This document shows, piece after piece, positions 43,254 to 45,251 of a DNA stretch of 45,251 bases. The translations under genes were made by a program, and so were the position numbers. Within the stretch, counting starts at the first letter, position 1; each line of letters opens with the position of its first letter. The stretch comes from a virus. Lineage: Duplodnaviria; Caudoviricetes. The notes below the pieces were generated by a model. That model did not search any database. It saw only the letters and a program-made list of their open reading frames with translations, and was not told the DNA's origin. Location: IMG/VR virus record IMGVR_UViG_3300044723_005978, positions 1 through 45,251 of that record; one strand, 5' to 3'.

Positions 43254-43555
43254 TATTGAGGATCACCTCCTTCAAAGAACAACGTCACGCTAGTGACTTC
43301 AACATCATTTACGTCAATATAAATGCCTGTCTCAAATAAGATGCCCATGTCTGGGATAAACAGGTCTGTAGCCCCTGCAACGGCAGGAGTGGTTATTGAC
43401 AACAGCGTAGTTCCGCCAGAAGTGGTGCCGTCTTTTAGAGCAAATGAAGACCCCGTAGCAGTGTTGGTAAAGTAGACACCCACTAATCGTGAGCGTCCTA
43501 CCACTGCTGAAGCATCTGCCGCCTTGGTGACGGACTTGATATTGCTAAAGCTCAT
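43253..43555 (-). CDS. Small beta-rich virion protein
   Basis: IPDMGILFETGIY motif; downstream of the capsid genes. Confidence 0.7.
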   Translation of the reverse strand: MSFSNIKSVTKAADASAVVGRSRLVGVYFTNTATGSSFALKDGTTSGGTTLLSITTPAVAGATDLFIPDMGILFETGIYIDVNDVEVTSVTLFFEGGDPQ

Positions 43556-43587
43556 TAGGTTTCTCCTTTAAAATGAGTCACCTGATT

Positions 43588-43827
43588 TTAAGACAGAGCA
43601 GCGCCTACAGCAGTTACCCAAGCGGCCCCAGTGCTAATGACCAAGCAATACTCGTTATCGCCCGCGCCATTATCGCTAATTAAGCGAACCTGACCTGCAT
43701 TAGCAGCAGCGGCAGCAGGCAATTCAACAGTAGTAATAGCGGTGAATTTAGCGAAATCACTGACAGTAACGTCGCCAGTAAAACCATTGTTTGAAACGAC
43801 GGGACCTGAAAAGGTGGTTGTAGCCAT
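43588..43827 (-). CDS. Putative capsid-associated fibre/decoration protein
   Basis: MATTTFSGPV N-terminal motif; directly after the MCP. Confidence 0.7.
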   Translation of the reverse strand: MATTTFSGPVVSNNGFTGDVTVSDFAKFTAITTVELPAAAAANAGQVRLISDNGAGDNEYCLVISTGAAWVTAVGAALS

Positions 43828-43834
43828 TTTAGAA

Positions 43835-43915
43835 CCTCACATGCGAGTTAATTTGGGGCATACCTGTCTGCATGTCGTCAGCCGGGACTGTCAGGTATAC
43901 CGGATGACCCCGGTT
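43835..43915 (-). ncRNA. Candidate double-pseudoknot RNA in the 5' leader of 43588..43827
   Basis: 10-bp stem GGUAUACCUG/CAGGUAUGCC; loop CCCGG pairs with upstream CCGGG; loop ACAUGC pairs with downstream GCAUGU next to the SD. Confidence 0.7.
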
Positions 43916-43932
43916 TCTCTCACTATATACAC

Positions 43933-43962
43933 AAAAAAAGGGGGGCACAAGCCCCCCTTTTT
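43933..43962. terminator. Terminator after the MCP, overlapping a sigma70-type promoter
   Basis: GGGGGGC-stem hairpin flanked by A7/T5; on minus TTGTGC, 17 bp, TATAGT. Confidence 0.85.
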
Positions 43963-43978
43963 CTTAGCTTCAAGGTTC

Positions 43979-44887
43979 TTACGGAGTACCCGGTGAACCG
44001 AAGATGCCGCGAGGATCGCTAAAGCCGAAGCTGTAACGCTCACGAGCCTTGTAGCGAACATTTCCAGTCTCGAAGTCGCCCTCAAAACCAGTCTTGATAG
44101 CTACACGCTGGAACATCTTCATGCCGTTAGGCGCGTCAGTCATGATGAAGAAGGCATCAGGGTCAGTCAGGTAGTGATTTACCGTGTAACCTTGAGGAAC
44201 CATTCCCATGTTACGGACCGCGTTGATGTCGTTATCTGCTGTACCTACGCGCAGAGTAGACTTCAAGATACGATCAGCAGTGAACTGAAGCTCTTTAGGA
44301 ATGACGAGCTTGGTGCCTTGAACAGCAATCTTCAGGCCGCGCTCATCAGTGAAGGCTGCGATATCAATCAGAGCCTGCTCCAAAGAAGTTTCAGAAAGGT
44401 CTGCCGCAGTAGTCAGCTCGTTTGCCAGATCAGGACCGCTAAGGGTTGGGTGATCTGTCGCACAAAGAGGCTTGCCATCGCCACCAGTAGAGGTGGTGAA
44501 CGCATTGTTCAGGATAGCAGCAGCTTTGATCTGCTTAGTCTGAGCCATTGAACGGGCCAGAGCTCTGGTGTAACGGCCAGCGAGTTTGTCATAGAGGTTG
44601 TCCTCAATGGCTTCCTCGGTCAGGCTGAATGCCAAAGCTACTGTCTCGTGGGTGTAGCGCGCAGTGTAAACTTCTTGCGCTTGGTCGTATGCAACGCCCG
44701 CGCCTTCAGCTTTTACTGGAGCTTCCCCAAAGCCAGATAACATAACCTCTTCTTCAAATGCACGGTCAGAGGTCTCGCTAGAATAGACTTCTGCGTGCTC
44801 GTTTTCGTAAGAACTATATTCCAGACCAAACAGAGCGTTCAGACCGGGCTCCAGTTCTTTTACAAGTTGTGAACGTGAAATCGCCAT
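43979..44887 (-). CDS. Major capsid protein
   Basis: MAISRSQLVKELEPGLNALFGLEY...GNVRYKARERYSFG.SDPRG family; followed by a strong terminator. Confidence 0.9.
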   Translation of the reverse strand: MAISRSQLVKELEPGLNALFGLEYSSYENEHAEVYSSETSDRAFEEEVMLSGFGEAPVKAEGAGVAYDQAQEVYTARYTHETVALAFSLTEEAIEDNLYDKLAGRYTRALARSMAQTKQIKAAAILNNAFTTSTGGDGKPLCATDHPTLSGPDLANELTTAADLSETSLEQALIDIAAFTDERGLKIAVQGTKLVIPKELQFTADRILKSTLRVGTADNDINAVRNMGMVPQGYTVNHYLTDPDAFFIMTDAPNGMKMFQRVAIKTGFEGDFETGNVRYKARERYSFGFSDPRGIFGSPGTP

Positions 44888-44900
44888 GGTCAGTTACTCC

Positions 44901-45251
44901 TTATTGGCCAGCAACGCCTGCACTACCGTACAGGTGCTCGTTGATCTTAACCACAACGACAGCGTTGGCGCCCACAGCATTGCCGGGAACATCCCAAAGA
45001 CCTATGACCTTCAGGTTCAACGCAGCAGTTGTAGCAATTGAACTGGTATCGAGCTCGTTAGCAGAAACACCAGTAGTGGTGCTACCTGTGCCAACGACGA
45101 TATCAGCGTTCTTGCCATAATCAGCAGCAGTTGAAGTGCCGTCGTTCTGAATGATGAACAGTTGATTTGGATCGTCCATCACCTCAGCAACAATCTTGCC
45201 TTGAGTGATGTTGACAGAACCGGGGTAGTAGTTAGACCAAGTAGGCTTACC
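44901..45251 (-). CDS. Capsid decoration/cement-like protein (5' truncated by the window end)
   Basis: Frame stays open to 45251 (GKPTWSNYYPG...DDPNQLFIIQ...VVKINEH); directly upstream of the MCP. Confidence 0.7.
   Translation of the reverse strand, partial: GKPTWSNYYPGSVNITQGKIVAEVMDDPNQLFIIQNDGTSTAADYGKNADIVVGTGSTTTGVSANELDTSSIATTAALNLKVIGLWDVPGNAVGANAVVVVKINEHLYGSAGVAGQ

Larger units (their letters stand above)
1..45251. mobile_element. Tailed dsDNA bacteriophage genome segment (podovirus-like)
   Basis: Major capsid, tail, lysis and phage-type replication genes; dense co-oriented operons; no host housekeeping genes. Confidence 0.95.

Noticed and set aside
43839-43882. CUGACGA hammerhead-like core in the pseudoknot RNA
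   Set aside because: The following stem is closed by UGAGG rather than GAAA, and no stem III/NUH is evident

Overview
The whole window is part of a tailed dsDNA phage genome, probably a podovirus-like aquatic phage; by recollection the capsid and replication genes resemble the HTVC023P/uvMED-like groups, which needs a search to confirm. (1) 1-9300: a minus-strand early/accessory region of about 35 small genes, split into cassettes by a repeated sigma70-type promoter and leader (A-tract, TTGACA, 16-17 bp, -10, AGAAAGGAGA). It includes a Mom-like DNA-modification enzyme, LPD29, a thermonuclease, a SutA-like peptide, a RelA/SpoT-type HD hydrolase and a candidate structured RNA. (2) 9293-18126: replication module with a Leu762-type family A DNA polymerase, UvrD-like helicase, AEP-type primase, SSB-like protein, and a divergent SNF2 helicase plus PD-(D/E)XK exonuclease. 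(3) 18113-19360: a small divergent island with the same promoter family and an SprT-like metalloprotease. (4) 19316-45251: a minus-strand virion/lysis operon with internal/ejection proteins, tail proteins, an endolysin-holin-lipoprotein-lipase cluster, an AT-rich fibre/glycosyltransferase module, adaptors, five Lys-rich small proteins, a pseudoknotted RNA leader and the major capsid protein. No terminase, portal, integrase, tRNA or CRISPR array was seen. All protein calls come from motif recognition, not database searches, and many starts were moved to the codon following a Shine-Dalgarno (SD).
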